DNA of 64,000 nt from Camelus dromedarius. Taxonomy: Eukaryota. The notes under the pieces were generated by a model that saw nothing but the letters and a program-made list of their open reading frames with translations, searched no databases and was not told the DNA's origin. Shown piece after piece: positions 26,457-39,479 of the stretch; the first letter of the stretch is position 1, and every line of letters starts with the position of its first letter. A program made the translations under genes and the position numbers. Location: assembly GCF_036321535.1 (NCBI RefSeq), contig NC_087436.1, positions 69,070,001 to 69,134,000 on the forward strand, given 5' to 3'.

Positions 26457-27275
26457 GTGATACTGTGATTTATTATGAGAAATATATATTTGGTCTTCAT
26501 CCCCACTCCTGGTACAGAGCTTTTAAAACCCTAGGAATTTCCTAAATTCCTAGAAACAGAAAATATGTCTTTTGTTACGTTAATGGGTGACTTCTGGAAA
26601 GCCCCTAGATCACCTAAGGGTGGGGTCTGGTTGCCTGGGGAACAAACCACCTGGTTAGAGGGCTGGATCTTTTAGTCCCACCTCTGACTCCAGGGAGGTG
26701 AGAGGGGCTAGAGACTGAGTTCCATCATCCAAGGCCAGTGATTTAACTATTCACACCTATGTAATAAATCCTTCATAAAAACCCAAAAGGAAAGGGTTCA
26801 GAGAGCTTCTAGGTTGCTGAACAAAACACTTCCACGTGCCATTGTGCCAGGTCCCAAACTGCACAGTGACAGAAGCTACTTTGCTCAGGACATTGCCCTA
26901 TGTATCCCTTCTTCTAGCTGTTAATTTACATTTTAAAAAATATCATTTTTAATAAACTGGCAATCTAGTGAGTAAACTCATTTGCTGAGTTCTGTGAGCT
27001 GTTCTAGCAAATCATTTGAACCCAAGGAGGTGATCATGGGAACCTCAGCTTTATAGCCAGTTGGTCAGAACCACAGGTGACAGCTGGGACTTGCAATTGG
27101 CTTCTCAAGTGGAGGGCAGTCCCATGGGACTAAGCTTTTAACCTGTGGAATTTAATGTTATCTGTGGGTAGATAGTGTCAGAATTAAACTGAATTCTAGG
27201 ACATCCAGTTGGTGACAGAAAATTACCTGGTAGTGTAGGGGAAAAACCCACACAGTGGAATTGGGCAAAGAATAA
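26457..27275 (+). mobile_element. MER21-like LTR
   Basis: tgtgatactgtg...aaatatatatttggtcttc...aaaaccctaggaattt start. End approximate. Confidence 0.75.
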
Positions 27276-28028
27276 TAGTCCCCCTTAAGAACTGACTGTT
27301 CACTCCTTGAGGATAGGTGTTGTGGCTCAGTCATCTTTTTATCTTTATTGCTGAATACAGTGTAAGAGCCAAACAGATTTTGTTGAAATAAATTGCAAAC
27401 TCTTTAAAGACTAGAATTCTTTTCACACGCATGGTATACAGTGTATTTTGAATGCTCTGCACACTAGGAATGTAAATAAACATAGATAAAGGAATGGATT
27501 TATCTCCTTATGAATAGGGTAAATTTTAAAGAGAGGATAGCAAGTGCTGCAAAATAGTAAATATAAATGGAATTTATTTCTAGACAGAAACTGCTAAAGA
27601 TTAAAAAGTCAAATCTGACTCCCTTTCAAAAACTTGATCCTTCTTTCTCCTTAAACTCTCCAATAATTCACTTCTCTTAAAACCAGATTTCCATCATCTT
27701 ATGCACTAACTAAACTTTTTCCTTGAAGTTCTTAACCACTCATGTCTTAGATGAGCAATTCTGAGCCTTTTATCCTCCTTGGCACAGAAGATGCTCCTTC
27801 AGGTAAGAAAACTTCAGGTAACACGTAATTCCCATCCATAGGATTCACTAAAAGGCCCTTTCCCTTCACAAAATTTTCTCAAGTCACTTACATGACTCCC
27901 CAGCTCCTCCTCTCATTCCATTCCCAGGCCGGGGAATCACTACTAAGACCACTTCCTACCTTCCCCTTTCTTGTTGCTGGTTTTTATTCTGTTTTGAAGA
28001 GCTAATTATTTATTTCCATTTTTCTGTT

Positions 28029-28490
28029 TGCCAACTGAAAGAAAAACACACAACCTAAAAGTTGAGAATTATGTTTTATTTGGAGACTTTACTGAGGACT
28101 ATAGCCTGGGAAGGTAGCCTCTCAGATAGCTCTGAGGAGACTGCTCGAAAGAGGTAAGGGAGGACCCAGGAGAAGAAGGAGTTTTTGCTGGAAAAAAAAA
28201 ATGTAGTCAAACATCAAATGATGACTGCTAATCACAAAAAAAAATAAATAAATAAAAGAAACTTCCTCAAGTTAATGATGTTAGTGCTTTTCTGTGTATG
28301 GGAAGATAAGGGTCAGGCGCCTTGAAATGATTCCTTTGGTATGCATCTTAACTGTCTAGGGCTACTACCCTGTTCTTCTGCATCCTGAATTCCCCTCAGG
28401 GTGCACATTGCAGGTGGCTGCAGTGGCTGAAGCTTGATGGAGGCAACATTCTTTCTTTACCAGAATGGCTGGCAACATTCTTTGTCTGCA
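28029..28490 (-). mobile_element. Second MER41-like LTR
   Basis: Colinear similarity to 25383-25857 (cctaaaagttgaga...tatgttttatttgg; ttagtgcttttctgtgtatggga; cccctcagggtgcac). Confidence 0.75.
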
Positions 28491-28954
28491 TATCTATTTC
28501 TTCACTAGTGATCCTATCTATGCTTAGAATATACTTTGCTATATTCCAAGGAATCCAAGAGTCCCCTTTAAAATGGCCCCTTTTCTTTCCAACATTGCAA
28601 CAAATAAAATTCAGACTGTACAACGATTATTTATTAACCCTATATACAGATTTGTTTAATGTGCTTACATAAGTTTTTCTATATTGTATCTCTGAATATG
28701 AAAGATATCTGCCATCTGTATTTGCCATCTCAAAATTTTAGTGACTTGACAAAGTCACAATTCAAAATTGGTCCAGCAGCTCTGTTCAGCAGCTCCCTTC
28801 TAAGTGTTGACTCAGGGAAGCTCCACTTTCTAAAAATCCTTTGCTTACAATCATGGGACAATGGAGAGAGTGCACAAAAAATTGTGAAGGACATTTTAGG
28901 AGCCAGATCCAGAAGTGGCAAAAATAGCTTCTGTTCACATTCTATTTACCAATC

Positions 28955-29612
28955 TGTCAACCTAAACAAATATAGGAAACAGTAATCAAGTAAAAAGTAT
29001 TTATTTGGGATCAAAGGATGGCAGTTCCAGGCACTCAGTTACTCAGACTCAGGAAGTAACCCAAAGAGTGTCCCTAGGGAGTAAAAATCAGGAGCTTTTA
29101 AAGGCAAAGAAGAGAGATTTGCATTACAAAGAATTTGGGGTGTATGTATATATACATATATATATATACTTTTTTTTAGTTGACATATAATCAGGTTACA
29201 ATGTTGTATCAATTTCTGGTGTACAGCATAATGCTTCAGTCATACAGGAACATACATATATTTGTTTTCATATTCTTGTTACCATAAGTTGCTATAAGAT
29301 ATTGAATATAATTCCCTGTGTACACAGTATAAACTTGTTTATCTATTTTATATATATTAGTTAGTAAGGCAGAAGCTAGTCTTGGCTGAACATGACTGAG
29401 TGCTAAGGCTATCCCTAGAGAGAAGGAAACGTCTATTATTGTCTATTATTGCAGGTATTCTTGCAGAGTCCTTGGAATATTTGTGGTTTGGCCAGGTCAA
29501 AAGTTCATGGCTCTAGCCTGTGAGGACATGGGTAGGTCCACCTTCTTAATGGCCCCCAAGCTCCATTTTAAAACTCCTTGACATAAGTGACTCCATTTTG
29601 TTTCATATTTCT
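28955..29612 (-). mobile_element. MER89-like LTR interrupted by an L1 3' end (~29170-29360)
   Basis: tgtcaacctaaa...tatttatttggga and ttgacataagtgactccattttgttt ends. Internal L1 3'UTR text (ttctggtgtacagcata...). Confidence 0.65.
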
Positions 29613-30962
29613 GAAGTCAAATGGCTGTGATCTATTTGATCTTACTACGAGAGACACTGAACTATGAAGCATTCCCATAGTCCCAAGAGGAGGAAACAAG
29701 ATTAGTGAGCATCTAGTTAGTCTCTGCCACAGTCCTCCTTTCTAGCCACTCATTGTCCCTTTATCTGTCCTCCCACACATGAAAGATATTGACTCCCATC
29801 ACTAACCCAAAACCTTTCATCACTAATTGCATCAACTCAAAATCCAGGCTCTTTTTTTTTTTTCTATCTATCTATCAATTGGCCAATTTTCTCCTGGGCT
29901 CATCTCTTTTTTTTAACTATACACTGTCAAATGAGCTAATAGTCCCAAAAAACACTTCTAACATTTGGTTTTTGAAATTCTTCCTATAGAGCGACAGTTC
30001 CATCAACACATGTCTGCCTTGCAAGGAAAAGCAGGTAACAAATTCACCAAAAAATTTGCCACCATATAACATAGTTATCTAGCAACTATTTCTTTACAAT
30101 CTTTAGCCAATAGCTGATGCAGTGCCACATATTTTAGATTTTCGTTACGGCAGTACCTCACCTCTGTTACCAATTTCAATTAACAGGAGTAAAAATCACT
30201 AGCTGCTTTAACTATGAACCCTCAAATCAGAGGGATTAATACAACAAAAATTTGTCTCCAGTTCATGATGTGGCCCAGGCAGCTCTCCCAGGTGACTCTA
30301 CTCCGAATGATGACTCAGAGATTTGGATTCCTTCCATAGTAAGTCAGTCTTACATTTCACTTCCAGCCACTCAGACAGAAAGTATGAACAAAATTGAGGA
30401 GGCATTTTAGTGGCTAGCTCTGAAGGTGGCAAACATCACCTTCACCCATTGTTAAAAACCAGTCATATGGTCCCAAATGAATGACAAAAGAGACTGTCAA
30501 GTACGTTTCCTGTGTGCTTTGTGAAATGAAAAAGTAATGTTCAGCCTGTAGCCAATCTCCGCCACGCTCTGCAAGGGAGAAAGAGCCCCAGACTTAGAAT
30601 CAGAGTGGTTATATGTAAATCCTGGCTCTCAGTTCATAATAAATGTTTGATCTTAGTTAAGTCAAGTGGTATCTCTTAATCTTTGTTTTCTGATACATAA
30701 ACAGTATTCCTAAAAATCTATCATTATAAGGTTATAGAGACATGAAATTCAATTCTATATTTTATTGGTCAGAATTATTAAGGCAAGTACAACAGAAGCC
30801 AACTCTAATTTAGATAGAAAAGTAATTTATTACAAGAATTTTATATAGCTAAGAGAATTGCCAGCAAAGCTAGGGAACCACATTCTGAAAAAAGGAAAGT
30901 ACAAAAGATAGCAGGCAGCATCCAGGACCAGAACTGAAACCATGGATCTAGAGTCATGAAGG

Positions 30963-31633
30963 TGTTACTGAATTCACTCAAGAATCCAGTACCGAGAGAC
31001 ATGTTTTGGGTAAAAAGAAAGATAACTTTATTGAGGAAGCTGGAGATCCTGGGGATAAGGTGGACTTACATCACAAAGAACCAATTCCCCACTCCCTCTT
31101 TACTGAGAGATTATATAGGGAAAGAGGAAAGGGCTATGTGCTAGGGTGGGGGTTAATCTTCTATTTTCAGAGACGATTGTCTCCATCATGCCATTCCAAG
31201 TAGCCATCATGTATTGCTTGCAGTTGCAACATGACCTGAGCCATAAATCTCTGGTCAGCTAGTTTTTCTGGTTCCAACTGGTCTGGGGTCTGTGTGCCTG
31301 TGGGCAGCACACAGTTAATTTCTTCCATCTGGTGAGTGTTTCAGTATCTGCAAAACAGCTCAAAGGATATGGCTCAGAATGTTATCTATATCCCTTGAGG
31401 AGGAAGTAAAGGTCCTTGATTTTGTTTAATGGCTAAACTAGTAATAACTTGCCTCGCTTGACTATTTTCCTTTGTTTCTGCATTTTCTCATTTCTCTGAT
31501 TAAATTTATTGTTTGGAACTTGGGGAAGGCTAGGAAGCTGAAGTTTTTCTACAAACAAGTGGTAGGCAGAAGACATGGAGGGGAGGAGGGGGTCTGTTCT
31601 TGGGAAGGTCCCCTAGGGTACTGCTCAGTTACA
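30963..31633 (-). mobile_element. Solo ERV1 LTR
   Basis: Minus strand tgtaactgagcag...cagtaaca; near-TSD aagg/aggg; U3 similar to the 24667 LTR. Confidence 0.8.
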
Positions 31634-32263
31634 AGGGGACTTTTCCTACTACTGGCGAATTCTGGATGCTGTTGGATTCTGCCAAGCAGCTCCTGAGCAA
31701 GGGAGTCCTGCTTCAGAGAGACTCAGCGGATCTCCAGGGACAGTTCCAGGGCCCTACGGTTGAGAGAGGCAGAGAGCAGGTCAGAGGGGACTGGCTCCTC
31801 AGCAAGCTGGGAGCTCCTGGACCCGGGAGGGAGTGGGGGCTCCTAATCCCGAAACCAAGGAGGTCAGAGGGACCCAGGGTCTGGTTGCAGATAATTATCG
31901 CCCATATAAGGCATGGGGTTATCAGAGGCCCAGAAAGGCCAGAGTGTACTGGGATCAGGTACCTGCTCTGGGCAGTGGTGGATGGTGGTAGAGGCTCATT
32001 TGTTCATGGGCCCCTTCCAGGTTGATGAGGGCTCCTCTTAAGGCCTCCTCAGGGTCCTCCTGCACCTTTGCAGCTCCTCTTGCATGGACTGCAGCTCTAG
32101 CGCCATCTGCAGGCAGGGCATAGTCAGGGACACAGAGGCAGGTAGGTCCCAGCCTTGCTCTTCCCCACAGGGCAGCCCACCCACTTGTGCAGCCGCTCAC
32201 CTCTGGCATGGACATCGTATGCCACCCTTGTTCTATTTCCACTGGAGCTCTGCAGCAGGCGTT
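31634..32263 (-). pseudogene. Unidentified GC-rich, intron-containing gene-like fragment (three exon-like pieces, two GT-AG introns, disabled)
   Basis: Introns 32107-32200 (gtgagc...ccctgac...cctgcag) and 31754-31962 (gtacct...ctgac...ctctctcaaccgtag). Coiled-coil-like peptide pieces with frameshifts and a stop. Confidence 0.55.
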
Positions 32264-34980
32264 AGTCACACACTGTTACCACAAGTAGAAGAGATTCTCC
32301 ACTAGCTCCCAACACAAAGTCGAGTGGGTGCAGCTGACTGGTTGAGCCCAGGTCATGTTCCTGTGCACTTGCTGAAAAGGAAGATGGGATACCTAGTGTA
32401 CGGCCTTTGAGGCTTCTGTCAGGGATACTTATGATTAAGAATTCCCCAAATATAGGAAGGGAGTTTGTGCTCTGAGCAAAAAGAACAACAAAAGACAAAT
32501 ATTTACTTTAGACACTTACTGAGCTATGCCTGGCAATTTCTGGGTTCAAGGGATAGAAGTCAATGAAATAGTTCCTGCCTCTAAAAAGGTGTACAAGAAA
32601 GTACTTTATGAATTGGAAAGACCTCAGAAATTGAAGATACTAATATTACTGCAATAATTTTAATATCAAGATTATATTAATAGATTCTTAAGATATATTA
32701 GTTTTATTCAGATCTATGCCCAAGTGTCCTTCTATTTTCAACATCATCTGACTCTATCTAGGAGCCTAGATATCTGACCTCACATGCACAATATCATTTT
32801 TAACTAATAGATTTTGATGAGGATTAGCAGATAGCAACTCCAAAATTACAAAAATACAATATATATGGATGAGTTTCTGTGATTTCTCATTAACTACTGA
32901 AACTACAGTTCCTGGTCTACCAGAAGGACCACCTGTATTCATGTAGAGGCATGTCAAACAATGGTAGGAAAATAAATAGTAAACAAAATAAAAACTAATG
33001 TTATTTGTTTTCTATCATAAAGAGAGACTTTGGAATTTCAGATGTTTCGTAAAAGAATATATTACTTTTCCTACATTATGGTATAAAAGAACTGTGGATC
33101 TCTGAAGAGTATTTCTTCCTACACAAAGGAAAAGCCCCTCTCCAGGGTTAAATTAGTAATTAACATTCAGTGAGTTGAATGATTGATCTTCTGAAAGAAA
33201 GTATTGTAGGTCGTACTTAGTCACGCTGCTTATCGTGGCAATGAACCAGGGAGTTTGTGACTTAGCCTGTCCCAGAGGGATGGATCAAAATCAGAAGTGG
33301 AGGAACCACTGACTCACAAATCTTACTTCCTTGGGGAACAAATAATGAGAAACAGGTAACAACAATCGCAACCAGCAGGCAAATACTAAGAAAAAGAAGC
33401 AGGACTTTCTAGTTCCAACACAACTAGATCCCAAAGGGTTAGCTTGTTCATCTGTCTTCAAATTTCAAAATAGTCATTTCTGCAACTGCAAAATCACTTT
33501 GAAATGCAGTATGTATAAAAATTCACATGAAATAATCAGAAAATAATAAGCATAATCATGATGAAAATAAAAGAGGAAAGTGGCATCACTATCAATTTAC
33601 AGAGTGAATATAAACCAGTTTAGTTAATAATCGGTTTCCTTAGGTAATCTTTCTGAACCTATTCCTTCTCTAATTAGAAGATGAACAAGAAAAAAACAGA
33701 TGACAGCTGAATTGTAATCATCAACTCTGAGTGATGTAATAAGCTTTTTCTTTCTCACATGGTAATGTCTATCCTTCCTCACCCTAAAAAACACTCTTCT
33801 TTTTAAACTTTTTGAAGCACTTTAATCAGCAGCCAAAGAAAGATATTGTTCAGATTACCTAAGATGTAAAGTTGGCATTTTTCCACATGACATGTATTCA
33901 CTACATGATCAATTAAGGAGCCAACAGTGATGTTAAAACACACTGAATAGAATTAAATGTTCTACATGGAGATATAATATCCTCTTAATATTCACAGTTA
34001 AGACTATTAAGACTGTGCTGTATACTCCATTGCCTACTTTCTCTTTTGTGATTGTTCAAAGGAAGGGAGAAAATAAGAATATAGAGCAGAGGGTAAGTGC
34101 AAAGACAAATAATTTTGAGAGGCTCTGAGTTCCAAAGATAATCCTCATTCAAGGTCATGAATAATAATGAAAGAAAGGTAAAATGATAGCTTCAATTGAA
34201 GTACTTTCTAATGATAACACACTAAAATCTGTGAATGCAATTTAAGCCTCACATTATACCAATTAACAAGATAATGACAAAAGAAATTCCACTATTAAAA
34301 AAAATCACCATATTTATCACATAGAAAAGTGAAGGTTTTGATGAACATAGTGCATTATTTTCTTTTAAAATATACTTCCTACATTTATGTTTACTAGTAT
34401 AAATATATGTGTCAGGTAAAGCTTTACAGCTTATCTTGTTATTATCATTTGCCAAACTGAAACAATTAAAATATAACTGCTATGATATTTATTATCTTCC
34501 TCTTATCCCAGAAAGGATATAAGAGCAGGGGATCATCAGAAGCCTGAGAATTCAACATGCTCATCCCCAGATAGCACTGACTTTCATATGCTCTCAAATT
34601 ACTTCAGACCCCACACTCCCTGTTCTACTATGCATTATTATTTTTAAACAATCAAGTGCACAAAATTGAGTTAATCACACTCTATATTTCACTGTACTTT
34701 ATCAGCCTTTTGAATGCCTTTTTTTCTACTCTCATTCAGTATTTTTTCCATTCATCCACCATCTTTATCTCTCTTCAACTCGTGTACAAATATTATTATA
34801 TACTAAATGTAATATTAATAAAATATTAATTTATTATATATTAAAATACAGGCTTTTCCAGTCTGTCATCTCTATATTTATTTAGATACCCATGTATCCT
34901 TAAAAATAAGTATAGTGTTGCTTTCTAGGTGTCTGCATTTAATCTCCTTGAAAGATATTCTTTTATAAATCTCATATTTT

Positions 34981-35093
34981 GGGTTGGGGATGGGCATAGC
35001 TCAGTGGTAGAGGACATGCTTAGCATGCACGAAGTCCTGGGTTCAATCCCCAGTACTTCCATTAAAAAATAATAATAATAGAAAAAAATTTAA
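34981..35093 (+). mobile_element. tRNA-Ala-derived SINE (vic-1-like) with 12-bp TSD
   Basis: TSD aaatctcatatt at 34967-34978 and 35094-35105. Confidence 0.92.
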
Positions 35094-38000
35094 AAATCTC
35101 ATATTGTTTCTTTTTTTTCCCTTGCCATGATATTTTAAGATCCATCTAGCTATATATTAATCTAGAACATTCTGATTACTGCATATAACTTTATTATGTG
35201 TCTATCTCTCACTTTACTTCTCATTCCTCTCCTGATGGACATTTCAGCTTCCCCCATTCTTATTACCATAACCAGTGCTGTAAAAAATATTCTTAGGGAC
35301 AAGTGCAAGAGACTAGGATGTAACTGCTACATCCTATAGAGAGTATAAGAAGAGTTAATGTACCAAGTACTTGCAGGTTGCCCTCTGGAATGGTTGCACC
35401 AGTTTACCTTCTCTTAAGCCTTATAGGAGATTTCCTATTTCCCAACATCCACACCTCTACTTGAAATTATCAGACTTTCTAATTGATGTTTTAATTTGCA
35501 TTTCTCTGATTACTTGTAAAGGTAAATTACTCTTCATTTGCTTTTTAGCCATTTGGGTTTCCCTGTTTGTGTTTTTTCTGTCTCAACAGCAGAATGGAAA
35601 CTTCACAAGTCCTGTTATTTAGTGCATCTTCTTTTCTTTTTCCTGATTAGTTTGATCAGAAACTTGCCTAATCAATTTTTTAAAAGAAAAACCAGCATTG
35701 GGTTTTTATAGCAATATCTAGCACACAGATGTTCAATATATAGTGAATGAGTGAGGAATAAATGAGTAAGTGACAAAGGAATGTCTTTTGCTATGTAACA
35801 AACAACTGAACAACTCAATGACATAAGAACAAACGTTTATTTCTCACTCATGAGTGTGCAGACTGGTCTGCGGGAAGTTGTGGGCTCTGCTGAGGTCTAC
35901 TGGGCTTGGCAACAGCCTGCAGTTTGGTTTAGGTCTGCAATGAGAGGAAACCATCCTTAAGGGTTTTTTGTTTTTGTTTTTGTTTTCAACTTTAACAGGT
36001 TTCATGTTTTAAAATTCCTTTAAAAATAGGAAAGAAAATGGGACATGATATTTATAATCCAGTAAGCTTAATGAAAACCCATGCAAGCTGACTTGTCAGG
36101 AAAATGTCTTGATTAAGATTATATGATTACTCTCTCTTCTTTATTATAAGTTAATATCCCCTATTTATTTTTTCTGATTTGCATTGTAAAGAAGATAAGG
36201 CTCTCCAATATGCCAAATCATTTTACTACAGACACTGTCTTCATCTCTTAGGAGTATAACATCTACCAAAGGTTAGTTTTAAAAAAATAAGTGTATTTTA
36301 GAAAATTGTGTGACATAATCAAACATGAAGACATGTTGCTACTCTGCCAGTATACATGACCATACCAGGTGTTAAAATTCTGAACAATCTGGTATCTGTT
36401 GGTAAATGGAAGCTACCCTGAGCCCTTCCCCCGTGCCTCTCCAAGGCCCCCGCATGACCCAGTTTGCCTCAGATGTACTTGCAATCTCCAGGTGAAGGGC
36501 ACAGCAGGAGCCTCCCAGAATCTGCTCCAGCCCTTTGACTGATGTCTGCTCTGATTGGTCAGTGCCCATGCTGTATTAGATGTCATATATTTTAAACATT
36601 ATCTCTGATTATAGGAAATAGTGCATATTCACATGTACAATTTGTAAATAAATTCATGGAAGGTTTTTATGGCCTTTGTTCCTCCAACAAATACCCATAT
36701 ACAAATGACATGTGTCCCACCTGTGTATACTCTATGAAATCTCTGGGGTAACAGAAGCGGTCCAGTCTAGCCACCCCCTGAAGCCATCTGTATTAACGGC
36801 TCCAGCAGCTTCTGATCCAAGCATAATGCAAAGCATTGCTTCTTCCACACCTTCTGCATCTCCTAGTTACCTCTTGGATTCATTGCTTTGCTTGCTCAAA
36901 CACTTCCTCCCACCCTGTTTTCAAATAGAATCTTTGTGTGTCAGCCTTCTGAGGCATTGTGCACCTTACAGTAACTTATTTTGGCCTTACATATAATGAA
37001 TTAGATTAAAACTGTTAGCTTGAAATTTCTCCTGTTTCAACACTTTCTCTGTGCTCTTTCCATCTAGATACTAATATCATTCTTTACTTTTGCAAAATTG
37101 TGTCACTGTGTCTTAACGTCTCTCTTTTCTCTGTTTTTTAGTATCACTTTGTCCCTTCCTAATTTCTCTGGGAATGTTCATTGACCTGATCTTACAGTTC
37201 ACTAATCTGTTTTTCAAGTGTATTTAGTCTGAAAAAGTATCCACAAAAGAGTAGTAAAGTGTTTCTGATACAATACTTACTACATAATTTTGTCTGGTAG
37301 ATTTTTCATGTTTAGTATCTCCAGTTGGTCCTTCATAATTGATTTTTCTGATTCATGTTTCCAATTTCCTCCTTTAGATCACTAAGGTTATTACTTATGC
37401 TTTTTAAAAATTCTTATTTGGTCTGGTCCATTCATTTGGCATCCTCTAAAGATTTCTGTTTACTTTCTTTTCATAGTACTCGCGTTCCTCCCACTTTGTT
37501 ATTTTTTTCTTGTGTCCCCTAGGATTTAGAGTAATACCCAGATGATAGAATAAGCAGATGGCATGGACACCAACTAATTTTAACAGAATATTGAACACAT
37601 TGGAACAGACAGATGCCCACTGTAACTACTCGATATAGGCTCAGTGTTGAACATCAGCTTAACTTGGGACTACAAGCTACCTTTGCTAGTTATATGTACC
37701 ATCATATCTTGATTAATATCTCCAGTTTGCAAAGTTCTTGTGCCAAAAATATCCTGCTCAGTGACCAAATTCTGATTTTGTGATTTTCTCTAAATTGATT
37801 GGCAACATACCTTCTAAATCTTCTCCCTGCAACAATTAAACTATAATTTGGCATTTTCTTAAGAACAGTAAGATTTCTGAGGTCATAAAATGTTTAAGAT
37901 ATTAAGAAAAAGCATTTTCAAGAAAAGGCCTGCATTTATGAGCATTCTGATTATCATCCAGCAAGGGTTTTCACTTGCAAATTAGATGACTTCATACATC

Positions 38001-39479
38001 AAATTACAATCATGGACTATTGTATATAGAGTTTTTATTTATATCAAAATTTAATGAAATGGTGGTAAGATTCATTTGATGCTATAATACTTACTGTTGT
38101 CTTTTTAAATATTTGGATCTAGCACTCAAGTGTCAGAACATTTCTAGCTTTCAATTAACCTATCTTGCCACTAGGTGGAGAGTAATGACAGTTTATCGTC
38201 TCGTGGTAAACACAGGTTTTTAAGATAATTGCTTAAGTATAAAGTATGAGGTCTTGTCTTAATCTGGTAAACAATATTTCAGAGTTCAAATATTAATGTT
38301 TCTAGTTTCAAAGGTGAACTTAAAACAAGTTCTTTCCTCTCTAAATCACTAATATGAATAAAACAAGCCTTGTCCTTAATGCCTCCTCTAAATCTCCCTA
38401 TGCTTATTCTGGGAATAAAAAAGAGGATCTTTAGCCCCAAGAACAGTCAAAAGTCAGTCACTCTCTTAACATTTGAGACTGGATGCTGTACATGCTCCTA
38501 TAGAAGAAAAAGATGTGGGAACCGTTGTCTGACAGCCCGAGGGTTCCCTGGGCATTCATCGAGCTGCATTAAATCAGAGTAGGATAGTGACTTCATCAGT
38601 GGATTCCAGCCAGTGGAATGACAGCTGAAAGCCTGGGCCTTTCAGACCTCTCTGAGCTGTAGAGCTCTTCCTCACAGAGCTGCTTTCCTTACAGGGCTCT
38701 TACTGTGAGTGGCAAGAAGTTCAGAGCCTGGACCCATGTACATGTAACCCACAAACCTCATAAAACCATACTGATAAATATTCAAACATTTACAATTCAA
38801 GTCTAGGATATGCACCTAAACTAAACTGGTTGCATCATCATCAAGTTACATAATCTTAATTTTAGTTAAGGCCTACAGGCTTAAACTAAACTTAAAATTA
38901 GACTAGTTGAATTTTGCAGAGAGTGAAAGAAGAAATTTTTCTTGGTATTTACTTGAAAGCCTAAAGAGAATTGTTTTCCAATAGAGGAACATAGTAAGGT
39001 CACTAGATCTTAAAGTTATTTAACTAGTAATAACGAAAAATAATAAAACAAATGGATGAACAAAAGAAACGTTGTTTCCCATCATCTGAGATGTGTGAAT
39101 GCATTACTGCATTACTGCTGGGGAAATGAATAGTCTAAAGACTTGACTGTAATTCCCCTATGGTGAGAATTAAAACGTTCAAACTTCCTAGCAAAAGAAA
39201 TGCTAAGTTTTTAAATGATGTGTCGTTTTCCTTTTTAAAACTACAATAAATGCATTAATCATGATTGACAACATAGAACAAGGATGGCTAAAAAGAGTAT
39301 AAACATAAATTTTCAAAAGGGCAATTTTGCAATAATTGTAAAAAACTTGAAAAGTACTTGTACCATCTGACTCAGATTCTACTTCTATGAATTTATTTTA
39401 TTTATTTATCATAGAGAAAAATACTTAAGAACCTAAAAACCTAAAATTTAAGGAATGGTTAGGTGAATTATAATACAAT

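Larger units (their letters stand above)
30765..32490. mobile_element. MLT1K-like MaLR LTR split by insertions (halves ~30765-30956 and ~32264-32490)
   Basis: acagaagccaactcta...gtaatttatta on the left; gactggttgagcccaggtcatgt and gaattccccaaatataggaagg on the right. Confidence 0.55.
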
